Shown: positions 37,354 to 46,901 of the stretch, in pieces | Numbering within the stretch: the first letter of the stretch is position 1 | How the letters are laid out: each line of letters opens with the position of its first letter | Origin: Candidatus Eiseniibacteriota bacterium | GTDB taxonomy: Bacteria > Eisenbacteria > RBG-16-71-46 | Reading direction: 5' to 3' | DNA length: 64,000 bases | Assembly (NCBI GenBank): GCA_963707915.1 | Contig: OY970178.1 | Span: forward strand, 2,752,001 to 2,816,000 | Translations under genes and position numbers: made by a program | Notes under the pieces: generated by a model | Database searches by the model: none | What the model saw: only the letters and a program-made list of their open reading frames with translations | What the model was told of the DNA's origin: nothing

Positions 37354-38446
37354 GCCGGGGCCGCTGCGCGCCCGGCTCGGCGAGCTGGCGCGCGCGCGGA
37401 AGGCGCGGATGGGGGTGGCAGGCGCGCCCGACATCGCGCCGGGCGCGCCCGACGTCCCGCCGGACGCTCTGGTGGAGGCGGCGGGGCTTGCACGGACCGG
37501 AGGTCGGCTAAGTACGGACACGCTCGACCTCCGGCCCGTGTCTGCGCCCCGCCGCGAAGCAGATCCAGCGGATGCCCGGCCCGTGTCTGCGCCCCGCCGC
37601 GAGGCAGATCCAGCGGATGCCCGGCCCGCGTCTGCGCCCCGCCGCGGGGCACGATCAAAGGGCGCCCCGGTCCCACCCGGCTTCTCGGCTCCTGCGGCCG
37701 GCGTCGAGGAGTTCCTGCCGGGCGGGGAGTGGCACGACAGCCCGGACTTCGACGGGCGGCCGGGCGCGGTGTACGTGCACGAGCGGCTGCGCTCCGAGAT
37801 CGAGAAGCCCAAGCCGCACTGGGGCCGCATCGATCCGCCGCCGCCGCACGAGCCGGCGCTGGTCGCGCTGGCGGCGCACGGTCTCGAGCACGCGCTGTTC
37901 CTCGACCTCGAGACCTGCGGGCTCTCCTCGAGCACCGTGTTCCTCGCCGGGACCATGCACTGGAACGGCGAGGACTTCGTGCTGCGCCAGTACTTCGCCC
38001 GGCACTACGGCGAGGAGGGACCGCTGCTGCGCGCGCTGAACGAGTCCATGGCGGGCTTCGAGCACCTGGTGACGTTCAACGGCAAGACGTTCGACGTGCC
38101 CTTCCTGCAGGGGCGCGCCGTGGTGCACGGCGTGCGGCTCGCGCTCCCGCCGCGCCACCTCGACCTGCTGCACGCCGCGCGCCGGCGCTGGCGGGGCGAG
38201 TTCGCCGACTGCCGGCTGAAGACCCTCGAGAGCCGGGTCTGCCGGCGGCACCGCGTGGGTGACGTGCCGGGCGAGGAGATCCCGGGCCTCTACCACGACT
38301 ACGTGAAGCACGGTGACCCGTACCGGCTCGTGCCGGTGTTCCACCACAACCTGCTCGACGTCGTCACCATGAGCGACATCCTGCGGGCCCTGTGCCGTCC
38401 CGCGCGGCCGGTGACGGCGCGGGCGCGACCCCGGCTCGCGCCCTGA
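37346..38446 (+). CDS. mrfB: DEDD-type exonuclease with RNase_H_2 domain (MrfB/YprB-like)
   Basis: FLDLETCGL, VTFNGKTFD.PFL, HLDLLH.ARR, DVPG.EIP, HN.LD; downstream of an MrfA-type helicase. Confidence 0.8.
   Translation: MAEPGPLRARLGELARARKARMGVAGAPDIAPGAPDVPPDALVEAAGLARTGGRLSTDTLDLRPVSAPRREADPADARPVSAPRREADPADARPASAPRRGARSKGAPVPPGFSAPAAGVEEFLPGGEWHDSPDFDGRPGAVYVHERLRSEIEKPKPHWGRIDPPPPHEPALVALAAHGLEHALFLDLETCGLSSSTVFLAGTMHWNGEDFVLRQYFARHYGEEGPLLRALNESMAGFEHLVTFNGKTFDVPFLQGRAVVHGVRLALPPRHLDLLHAARRRWRGEFADCRLKTLESRVCRRHRVGDVPGEEIPGLYHDYVKHGDPYRLVPVFHHNLLDVVTMSDILRALCRPARPVTARARPRLAP
37531..37646 (+). repeat. In-frame 45 bp tandem repeat (about 2.6 copies)
   Basis: ccggcccgtgtctgcgccccgccgcga(a/g)gcagatccagcggatgc at 37531 and 37576, partial at 37621; encodes RPVSAPRREADPADA. 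Confidence 0.9.
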
Positions 38447-38465
38447 GGGTGCCCGGGCCGGGCCG

Positions 38466-38495
38466 TTGACACCCCGCTTTTTCGCCACCTATACT
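38466..38495 (+). promoter_or_regulatory. Near-consensus sigma70 promoter
   Basis: TTGACA-N18-TATACT, about 190 nt upstream of the cold-shock fusion gene. Confidence 0.65.
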
Positions 38496-38687
38496 TTCCT
38501 CCGCAGTTCCCGAGTGGGCCGACCAGTCGAGCGTGGTTCGTCCGTGAATCTTCGGTTCCAGGTGGGTAGCGAGTCCTTGTCGCGGGTGGTCGGTTTCGCC
38601 CAGTCCATCGCCCTGGCGGGCGTCTGCCTGCCGGGGCATCCGTGTCTTTGGTAGCGTCCCGCTCCTTCGGAGGCTCCGCTCCGCGCC

Positions 38688-39332
38688 ATGACGAACGGCG
38701 AAGATCGATCGATCCACTGTGTGGACTGCGGCCAGCAGTTCCTCTTCACGGCCGGTGAGCAGGAGTTCTACGCCTCCAAGGGACTGACGAATGCACCCAC
38801 CCGCTGCAAGGCGTGCCGCGAGGTGCGCAAGCAGCAGCGCGCGGAATCGCCGCGCGCCTCCCGGGGAGGGGGTGTGCCGGCGCGGGGCGCGGCCCCGCGC
38901 GAGATGCACGCCGTGGTCTGCGCGGACTGCGGGGCCGAGACCCGGGTGCCCTTCCTGCCGGTGGCGAGCCGGCCGGTCTACTGCAAGGACTGCTACGAGT
39001 CGCACCGGCCCGACCGCGCCCCGGGCGATGGCCCGCCGCGCGGCCGGCGCGCGGGCCCGCCGGCGGGCCCGCCCCACGGCGACCGCGCGGGACGTCCGGG
39101 CGCCCCGGCGCGGGTGGAGGGCGGCCAGCACGCCCGGGGCCAGGTGAAGTCGTTCCGCGAGGCCAAGGGGTTCGGCTTCATCCGCGAGGACTCGGGCGAG
39201 GAGGTGTTCGTCCATTTCTCCGCCATCCTGGGCGAGGGCTTCAAGAGCCTGCGGGAGGGCGAGCGGGTCGAGTTCGACATCGTCATGGGGCCGAAGGGGA
39301 AACAGGCCGCGAACGTCGTGCGCATCGATTGA
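38688..39332 (+). CDS. Double zinc-ribbon + cold-shock domain protein
   Basis: [16 protein letters not shown]...P.RCKAC; CADC...VPF.P...[14 protein letters not shown] and VFVHFSAI (RNP1/RNP2). Confidence 0.88.
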   Translation: MTNGEDRSIHCVDCGQQFLFTAGEQEFYASKGLTNAPTRCKACREVRKQQRAESPRASRGGGVPARGAAPREMHAVVCADCGAETRVPFLPVASRPVYCKDCYESHRPDRAPGDGPPRGRRAGPPAGPPHGDRAGRPGAPARVEGGQHARGQVKSFREAKGFGFIREDSGEEVFVHFSAILGEGFKSLREGERVEFDIVMGPKGKQAANVVRID

Positions 39333-39480
39333 GCCACGGACCGCCGGCGCTGGCGGCCGGCGGGCGGTGGTCGGGGTGACGGCTTCACGAACAGGCCGGG
39401 CCGGGCCCGGCGGGACTGAACGGGATGGCCTCTGCGCCCGGAGCGCGGGGGCCTTCCGTCAAGCGGCGGGACAGGATCGC

Positions 39481-41115
39481 ATGCTCGAGACCGTCAGGAC
39501 GTTCACCGCGCTGAGCGAGGAGTTCGTGGAGGAGAGCCTGCGCCTGTGGCCGGTCGAGGCCACGGCGGCGGGGATCCACGACTACGACCACCTGCTGCCG
39601 GACGACACGCCGGACGGGTTCCGCGCGCGCGGCGCGTGGCTGCGCGACCTCGAACAGCGGCTCGCGGCCTCGGTGACGTGGGAGGAACTGCCCACCGAGC
39701 TGCGCGTGGACTACGCCCTGCTGCGCTCGCGCATCAGCGTGATGCGCGCCGAGCTCGAGGAGATCCGCACCCACGCCCGCGACCCCGTCGCCTGCCTGCG
39801 CACCGCCCTCGACGGGGTGGCGCTGCTGGTGGTGCGCCCCTTCGCGCCGCTCGAGGAACGCCGCGAGGCGATCATCGGGCGCCTGATGGCGATCCCGGAC
39901 TACCTCGCCGCCGCGGGCGCGGGGCTCGAGCAGGTGCCCGAGGCCTGGATCGAGCTCGCCCTGGAGGTCGCCGACGGCGGCCCGACGTTCGTGAACGAGG
40001 TCGCCCACGGCCTGCTGCACGCCTTCCCGAACGACGCGGAGCGCATCGAGCACGCCGGGGTGCGCGCCAACGCCGGCCTCGTCGCCTTCCGCGAAGCGCT
40101 CGAGCGCGACCTCGGGCCGCGCTCGGGCGGGGACTTCGCCCTGGGCGAACGCTGGCTGGACTTCCGGATCGAGCGCGAGCACCTGCTGCCGCTGAAGAAC
40201 GGGGCGCTCGAGCAGCTCGGGCGCGAACACGTCGCGCGGCTGCGGCGGCTGCTCGATCAGGAGGCGCGGCGTCTCGACCCGCACCGTTCCTGGAGCGAGC
40301 AGGTCGCGCAGGCCGGCTGGCCGGCGGAGCCCCGGGCGCAGCGCGCGGCACTCGAAGCCGAGATGGAGCGCGCGCGGCGCCTGGTCGCGGACCGCCCGTT
40401 CGCGCCCCTGCCCGCGGCCCCGCTGACGGTGGCGGAGGCGATGGCCTGGCAGCGCCCGCTCCACGCCGGGATCGACTACCTGCCCCCCGCGCCCTTCGAC
40501 CTCGAGCCCGCGGGCATCCTGCTGGTGGCCACGGCGGAGGGCCCGCGACGGTCCCCGCCGCACGCGGGCCCGCCGTCGCGCACGGGCCCGGCGGTGGTCG
40601 CTGCGCGCGAGGCGTGGCCGGGGCGGCACCTGCAGGCGGGGCTCGCGATCCACTGCGGCTCGCGCCTTCGCCGGCTCGCGCGGAACAGCGTGTTCGCCGG
40701 GGGCTGGGCGCTCTACGCCGAGGAGGCGATGGCGGAGGAGGGCTTCTTCACCGCGCCCGGCGACCGGCTCGGGCTCATCCTCGACCTGATCGCGGGCGCC
40801 GCGCGCGCGGTCGTGGACGTCGGTCTGCACGGCGGACGGATGAGCGTCGCCGCGGCGGCCGGCTACCTCGCCGACGAGGCGCTGTTCGGGCGCGCGGAGG
40901 CGCTCGCCGAGGCGAAGCGCCTGACCCTCGCGCCCGCGCAGGCCCTGGGCGGCCTGGTGGGCCGGCTGCAGATCCTCGAGTTGCGCGAGGAGGCCAAACG
41001 GCGCATGGGCGCGCGGTACGATCGGCTCGACTTCCACGCGGCACTGCTCGCGGGCGGCACGCTGCCGCCCGCGCTGATCGGAGAGGAACTGTGGGAACGG
41101 CTGGGAGTGGACTGA
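39481..41115 (+). CDS. DUF885 family protein with a degenerate metal motif
   Basis: P..AT.AG.HDYD..LPD, EAWPGRHLQ, GWALYAE, R.VVDVGLH, FH..LL.GG.LP. Confidence 0.8.
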   Translation: MLETVRTFTALSEEFVEESLRLWPVEATAAGIHDYDHLLPDDTPDGFRARGAWLRDLEQRLAASVTWEELPTELRVDYALLRSRISVMRAELEEIRTHARDPVACLRTALDGVALLVVRPFAPLEERREAIIGRLMAIPDYLAAAGAGLEQVPEAWIELALEVADGGPTFVNEVAHGLLHAFPNDAERIEHAGVRANAGLVAFREALERDLGPRSGGDFALGERWLDFRIEREHLLPLKNGALEQLGREHVARLRRLLDQEARRLDPHRSWSEQVAQAGWPAEPRAQRAALEAEMERARRLVADRPFAPLPAAPLTVAEAMAWQRPLHAGIDYLPPAPFDLEPAGILLVATAEGPRRSPPHAGPPSRTGPAVVAAREAWPGRHLQAGLAIHCGSRLRRLARNSVFAGGWALYAEEAMAEEGFFTAPGDRLGLILDLIAGAARAVVDVGLHGGRMSVAAAAGYLADEALFGRAEALAEAKRLTLAPAQALGGLVGRLQILELREEAKRRMGARYDRLDFHAALLAGGTLPPALIGEELWERLGVD

Positions 41116-41996
41116 TGCGGGAAGCCTGGGTCGTCCGGTCGCGCCGCGCCGCGCTCGCGCTGGCGGTCGCGAGCGGACTCGTGTTCGGCGCGTGCCCGGC
41201 CGCGATCGCGGTCGCGCCGGCGATCCGTCACAGCGCGACCCCCGCGAGCCTCGGGCTCGAGGCCGAGGGCGTCGTGATCCCCACGGCGGACAGCCTGACG
41301 GTCTCGGGGTGGTGGCTCCAGTGCGCGAAGGGCGCGCCGGTGGTCGTCATCGCCGCGCGCCGCACGGGCACGATGGGCGACATGCTGCCGGCCGCGCAAC
41401 AGTTCCTCGCGCGCGGTTTCAGCGTGCTGACCTTCGACTACCGGGGCTTCGGCCCGGGCTCGAGCGCCGAGGAGGCGGACAGCCTGCGCTACATCGTCTT
41501 CGATTCGCGGTGGGTGGACGACATGCTGGGCGCGCTGCGCTACGCCCGCGCGCGTGGCGCCGGCCGGGTCTTCGCCTGGGGCCAGGATCTCGGCAGCGCG
41601 GTGGCGCTCGCGGCGGCCGCGCGCACGCGTGACGCCTGCGACGCGCTCGCGGTCGAGGGCCTGTTCCGCATGACGCAGGACGTCCTGAACGCCAACGGCA
41701 CCGCGGTGATGCAGGACGTCGTCGTGCGCCACCGCTGGCTCGTGCAGGGGCGGGACGAGCCGGTCTCGGCGGGGGCGCGGCTGAGGGTGCCGGTGCTGGT
41801 CGTGCTGGCGGGCAAGGACGACGTGACCCCGCCGGAGACCACGAGGACGCTCGTCGCGCGCTCGCGCGCCGCCCGGGAGTTCTGGGAGATCCCGGGCGCC
41901 GCCCACCTGGGCGCCGAGACGACGCCCGGGTACTTCGACCGCGTGGCCCGGTGGTTCAGGCGCTGGGGCCCGGTCGCACCCAGCGTGACGCGGTAG
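41115..41996 (+). CDS. Secreted alpha/beta hydrolase (GQDLG elbow)
   Basis: TP..LGL, GFSVLTFDYRGFG, WGQDLG, G.DD.TP, IPGAAH. Confidence 0.75.
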   Translation: MREAWVVRSRRAALALAVASGLVFGACPAAIAVAPAIRHSATPASLGLEAEGVVIPTADSLTVSGWWLQCAKGAPVVVIAARRTGTMGDMLPAAQQFLARGFSVLTFDYRGFGPGSSAEEADSLRYIVFDSRWVDDMLGALRYARARGAGRVFAWGQDLGSAVALAAAARTRDACDALAVEGLFRMTQDVLNANGTAVMQDVVVRHRWLVQGRDEPVSAGARLRVPVLVVLAGKDDVTPPETTRTLVARSRAAREFWEIPGAAHLGAETTPGYFDRVARWFRRWGPVAPSVTR

Positions 41997-42010
41997 CGCC
42001 CGGGGCACGA

Positions 42011-42044
42011 CGAAGGGGCGGAGCCGACGGGCTCCGCCCCTTCG
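42011..42044. terminator. Hairpin between convergent genes
   Basis: cgaaggggcggagcc-gacg-ggctccgccccttcg, 15 bp stem. Confidence 0.7.
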
Positions 42045-42071
42045 CTTCATCGTGCGGAGGGTCCGCCCGGG

Positions 42072-43385
42072 TCAGCGTCTCGCGTGGAAGACCTCGAGCA
42101 TCTTGTCCAGCCCCTCGACCGTCGGCCAGGCCGCGCCGCCTTCCTCCCGTGCCGGTCGCGCCCCCGACGAAGTGGCGGTCGCCACCGTGCCGAGGTCCAC
42201 GAGCGGGACCGCGGCGCCGAACTTCGCATTCACGGCCTCGATCATGGCGTTGGCCAGCAGGCCCTGGGCAAGGTCGGTGGGATGCACGCCGTCCAGGCTG
42301 AAGAGCCCGCCCGTGACGAAGGCGCCGGTGTAATGCACGCCCCGGAAGTCGTAGCCGCTGGTCGCGATCCGCGCGAACAGCGCGTGCACGTCCACCAGCG
42401 CCGCGCCCTGGGCGGCCGAAGCCGCGGCGATGGCGGCGTTGTAGCCGTCCACCGCCGCCTGGAGGCTGGCCGCCTCGCCGGCCGTCAGCACCTGGGAGTC
42501 GAGCAGGGGCCGGCCGTTGCCGCCGGCCGGTGCCGGGATGCCCGTGCCGACCTCGAGCGAATCGATGGCGGTGAGCAGCACGTAGTCGCCTGCGGCGAGC
42601 AGGCCGGCGGAACCGATGAGCGGGATGTGCGAGCCGTCCGCCGGGTTCACGACGTAGGGTTTCACCGTGTTGACGTACGGCAGGCTCGTGACGTCGGGCA
42701 CGTTGAGGATCGCCAGCTTCGTGTCGGGCAGGAGCGTGTGCAGGTCCGCCAGCGTGTAGCCGAGGATCGCCGTGAACTGCGGCACGCTGAACAGCGGCGT
42801 GCCCGACCCGTTCAGCGCCGCGCCGAGCACCTCGTTCGCGCCGTACTCGAGCGAGAGGAAGGTCGGATGCAACGCCGCGGCCTGGTGCAGGAGGCTGCCC
42901 TGGCCACGCGCCACCATTCCGAAGAAGCCGGCGTAGGGGCTGATCGTGTAGTAGGTCGTGCTGTCGCAATCGTAGAGCATCGCGCCGTACACGCCCAGGT
43001 TGTGATAGGGCGTGGGCTGGGCGAGGTCGCGCGGCGCACCCATCGTGCGACCGCTGTTGCTCACGACCAGCGGACTCAGGGACACGAGCCTCAGCAACGG
43101 CGGGATGCCGTCCGGGCTGACGCGGTCGTAGGTGAAGCTGCTCACGCCTGCCTGGCGCGCGAACAGGACCGGGAAGGCCTTGGCCTGGTGGGTCTCGACC
43201 AGGCCGCCCGACTGGCCGCCGGCGCTGATGCTGGTGCCCAGCGCGACGTAGGTCGTGAAGTCGGCGCTGCCGCCGCTGACGACGGGCGCGTTGATGGCAT
43301 CGAGTCGGTCGCAGGGGCCGCTGCAGCCGGCCACGAAGAGCGCGACCAGGGTGACGGCCGCGTAGAGACGGATCTTGCGGTTCAT
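42072..43385 (-). CDS. SGNH/GDSL-type lipase lipoprotein
   Basis: Lipobox VAGC, YVALGTSISAG, NLGVYGA, GANEVLG, FSLDGVHP. Confidence 0.8.
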   Translation of the reverse strand: MNRKIRLYAAVTLVALFVAGCSGPCDRLDAINAPVVSGGSADFTTYVALGTSISAGGQSGGLVETHQAKAFPVLFARQAGVSSFTYDRVSPDGIPPLLRLVSLSPLVVSNSGRTMGAPRDLAQPTPYHNLGVYGAMLYDCDSTTYYTISPYAGFFGMVARGQGSLLHQAAALHPTFLSLEYGANEVLGAALNGSGTPLFSVPQFTAILGYTLADLHTLLPDTKLAILNVPDVTSLPYVNTVKPYVVNPADGSHIPLIGSAGLLAAGDYVLLTAIDSLEVGTGIPAPAGGNGRPLLDSQVLTAGEAASLQAAVDGYNAAIAAASAAQGAALVDVHALFARIATSGYDFRGVHYTGAFVTGGLFSLDGVHPTDLAQGLLANAMIEAVNAKFGAAVPLVDLGTVATATSSGARPAREEGGAAWPTVEGLDKMLEVFHARR

Positions 43386-43408
43386 TGCGTTCGCTCTCCT
43401 TTCTCCGG

Positions 43409-44719
43409 TTACCAGCGGTAGCCCAGGCCGACGCCGACCATGTTCACGAAGGTCTTGTAGTCACCCCGGTAGTGGTTTTCGACCGCCTCGCCCTCGGCGG
43501 CGGTGGTGCCGTAGCGGCGGTTCACGAACAGGCCCAGCTCGTAGACGTCCAGCGTCCAGCGCTGGTCGGCCCCGAGCCCGAAGCCCAGGCCGACGCTGAC
43601 GCCGTGGCGGTCGGCGTCCGGCAGCAGCGGGCTCACTGCGTGGGTCGGCGCCGGGGACTTGTCGAAGTAGTAGCCGGCACGACAGGCCATCCGGCCACGC
43701 CGATGCTCCGCCCCGGTGCGCATCTGCCAGGAGTCCTCGTAGTCCTCGATCCGCGCGGTGTTGCGGTCGCTGGAGAGGTCGAAACGAATGGGCAGGTCCT
43801 TGAAGACGCTCCACTCGTAGAAGACGAAGTCGGCCTCGACGGTCCACGCCGGGGTGGGCTCGAAGGCCGCGCCGGCCGACCAGATCGCCGGGAAGCGCAA
43901 CACCGTGCTCACGCCCTGGGTGGGCGGCAGGTTGTCGGCCACGACGGCGTCGAGCGCCGCGACGCCGGTACTGATCTGCGTGAACCTGGCGTCGGCGCCG
44001 TCCACGTGGACCACGACCTTGCTGCGATAGAAGGCGCCCAGGCGCAGCTTCTGCGTGGGCACGAAGTGCGCGGCCGCGTTCCAGCCGGCGCCGGGGGTGA
44101 AGCCCGACTTCAGCTCGGTCTCGGCGACGTCCACGGCGGCGCCGCCGCCGCCCGGGACCACCGTCAGCGTGCGGTTCCTGAGGAGCACCTTCGCGTACAT
44201 GACGTCGGCGCCCGCCGCGACGCTCCACCGGTCGTCGGGCGCCCAGGCCAGGCAGGCGCTGCCGTTGACGGTCTGCAGGTCCACCTTGGTGACGATGTAG
44301 CGACCCGAGAAGGTGGCGGGATCCCACTCGACACCGAGCCCGTAGGGCGAGTTGATGCCCGCTCCGACCGCGAGGCCCTTCTTGAGCAGGCGGGTGGCGT
44401 AGAGGGTGGGCGGGTAGAAGGTCTGGCGCACCATCTCCTCGGTGATGCCATAGCCCGGGTTCGGGCCCTTGCCCGCGAACGAGCTCACCGGCTGGAGCGC
44501 GCTGCCACCGACGTAGATCCGCGTCCCCTCGAGCCGGGTCATCGCTGCGGGGTTGAAGAACACCGCCGAGGCGTCGTCCACCGAGGCGGTGGCGGCGCCC
44601 GCCATGCCGAGCGCGGCGGCGCCCTGTTCGTAGATGGCGTAGCCGGCCGCCCCGGCGTGGGTCGGGAGCAGGAAGGCCGCCAGTACCGCACCGGCCAGCA
44701 GGGTCCGGATTCGTCTCAT
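43409..44719 (-). CDS. fadL: FadL/OmpP1-family outer-membrane fatty acid transporter
   Basis: AGYAIYEQG...LGMAGA, DDASAVFFNPAAM, SPYGL..EW, LPDADR, C-terminal YRW. Confidence 0.88.
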   Translation of the reverse strand: MRRIRTLLAGAVLAAFLLPTHAGAAGYAIYEQGAAALGMAGAATASVDDASAVFFNPAAMTRLEGTRIYVGGSALQPVSSFAGKGPNPGYGITEEMVRQTFYPPTLYATRLLKKGLAVGAGINSPYGLGVEWDPATFSGRYIVTKVDLQTVNGSACLAWAPDDRWSVAAGADVMYAKVLLRNRTLTVVPGGGGAAVDVAETELKSGFTPGAGWNAAAHFVPTQKLRLGAFYRSKVVVHVDGADARFTQISTGVAALDAVVADNLPPTQGVSTVLRFPAIWSAGAAFEPTPAWTVEADFVFYEWSVFKDLPIRFDLSSDRNTARIEDYEDSWQMRTGAEHRRGRMACRAGYYFDKSPAPTHAVSPLLPDADRHGVSVGLGFGLGADQRWTLDVYELGLFVNRRYGTTAAEGEAVENHYRGDYKTFVNMVGVGLGYRW

Positions 44720-44723
44720 CGCT

Positions 44724-46563
44724 TCAGTTCTCCTCGGGTTCGGGCCTACGGGTGGATTCCCCGCCGCCGTCCGCCGGCGACGGGGGTGACGCGTACAGAC
44801 TCTCGATCAGCCGGGCGTGACGCTCGTGGATGACGCGCCGCCGCACCTTCAGCGTGGGGGTGAGCTCGCCGCCCTCCTGGGTCATCTCCTGGTCCAGCAG
44901 GGCGAAGCGCCTGATCCGCTCGAAGGGCGCGAGCGTCTCGTTGAGACGGTCCATGCGCCGCTCGACGATGGCGAGGATCTCGGGGCGCGCCAGCACCTCC
45001 TTGCGGGACGCGAAGGGCCAGCCGTTGCGGCGCGCCAGCGACTCGAGCCGCTCGAAGTTGGGCACCAGCAGGGCGACGATGCAGGGCCGGTGGTCGCCGA
45101 TGAGCACGGCCTCGGTGATCCACTTGCTGGCCTTGAGGCGGGCCTCGATGGGTTGCGGGGCGACGTTCTTCCCGCCGGACGTCACCAGCAGGTCCTTGAG
45201 CCGGTCGGTGATGTGCAGGAAGCCGTCGGCGTCGAGGAAGCCGACGTCGCCGGTGTGCAGCCAGCCGTCCCGCAGCGCCTCCCGGGTGGCCGCCTCGTTG
45301 TGCCAGTAGCCCTGCATGACGTACGGGCCGCGGGTCAGGATCTCCCCCTCGGGACCGATCCGGACCTCGGCGCCGGGGATGGGCGGGCCCACGGAGCCGG
45401 CCCGCTCGCGGCCCTGCGGCGTGAGGCAGATGACCGGGGAGGTCTCGGTGAGCCCGTAGCCCTCGACGATCGGGATGCCCATGCCGATGAAGAACTCGAG
45501 CACCATGGGGTGCAGGGCCGCCCCGCCGGAGAAGCAGATCCGCAGCCGCCCGCCGACGCGGGCGCGGACCTTCGCCCCCACCAGCCGGTCGGCCAGCGGC
45601 GCGAGCGGCGCGAAGTGACGGCGGCCGGCGAGGTGGGCGCGGGCCTTGCGCAGCCCCTCGCCCAGCGCCCAGTAGAAGATCCCCCGGCGCAGGAGCGGCT
45701 GGGCGCGCGCGTTCTCGAGCACCCGCGTGCGGACCTTCTCGAAGAAGCGCGGCACCCCGGTCAGGACCGTCGGCTGGACCTCGGAGGCGTCATCGGCCAC
45801 GGTCTCGATGCTGCGGGCGAAGGCGATCGACACCCCGGCCGCCAGCATCGTGTAGCACCCCGCCATGCGCTCGAAGATGTGGGAGAGCGGCAGGAAGCAC
45901 AGGCTGACGTCGGTGGGGCCCAGGTCGATGACCTCCAGGCACGCCTCGGCGTTCCGCGAGATGTTGGCGTGGGAGAGCATCGTGCCCTTGGGCTCGCCGG
46001 TCGTGCCCGAGGTGTAGATGATGGTGGCGAGGTCGTCGGGCCCGGTCGCGTCCGCTTCCGCGCGGAAGCGCTGCGGCTCGGCGGTGCGCTCCAGCGCCCC
46101 GCGGCCGGTGACCAGGTCCCAGCTCTTCTCGACTTTCGCCCTCCGCCGGAACCGGCTCGATCGGGATGACGAGCTCGAGCCCGGGCAGGTCCCCCCGGAG
46201 GGCGCGGACCTTGGCGAGTTGGGCCGCGTTGGAGACGAAGATCGCCCGGGCCCCGGAGTCCGCGAGGATGACCCGGCACTGCTCGGCGGTGAGCGTGGGG
46301 TAGATGGGCACGGTGACCGCGCCGAGACCGAGGATGGCCAGGTCCGCCACCATCCATTCGTAGCGGTTCTCGGAGATCAGGGCGACCCGGTCGCCGCGGC
46401 GGATGCCCAGGTGGCGCAGGCCCAGTCCGAGGCTCTCCACGTCGGCCAGGGCGTGGCCGGCGGAGATGGCCTCCCAGCCCCGCTCGCCCCGACGCAAGAA
46501 CTGGGCGGGCTTCTGCCAGGTCGCGACGGTGTCGAAGAACAGGCGGATCAGGGTGCGGGCCAT
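44724..46563 (-). CDS. fadD: Long-chain fatty acid-CoA ligase (frameshift near 46135)
   Basis: TVPIYPT in the N-terminal frame, then IIYTSGTTGEPKG, FLPLSHIFER, EGYGLTET, GWLHTGD, ITDRLKDLLVTSGGKNVAP, LTPTLK. Confidence 0.88.
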
Positions 46564-46901
46564 GCGTAGACCATCCAGTCGTCCAGTGTCCGGAGTCCGG
46601 CTCCGGCACTCGGAGCCCTGTCGCAGGCGGAGCCCGCCACCCCTACGGGTGCGGGAACGGTTAGCACCATCTGCGGAGCGACCACAAGCACAAAGTGGCG
46701 GGGCCCACCCGTGGGGCGGGGGGCCGGCCGCAAGCCGTTGACATGTCCGGGGTCCTGCGGGAGAGTCGCCAGCGAATCAAGGAGTTCCCGCCGCGACCGG
46801 ATCCACCGGGGCAACCGCACCCACGTCTGCTGGGTACCCCGGGGGAGAATCCGGGGGCGTGCGGGCACCCAGCGGCGCCCCGTGGCGCCTCGGAGGCCTT
46901 C

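Noticed and set aside
37531..37646. Repeat as a CRISPR array
   Set aside because: Head-to-tail units with no spacers, in frame within a CDS, and no cas genes nearby.
34145..38446. Helicase + methyltransferase + nuclease as a DISARM or restriction-type defence system
   Set aside because: The helicase is full-length MrfA type with an MrfB-type partner, and the methyltransferase lacks DNA methylase motifs (DPPY/NPPY or PC).
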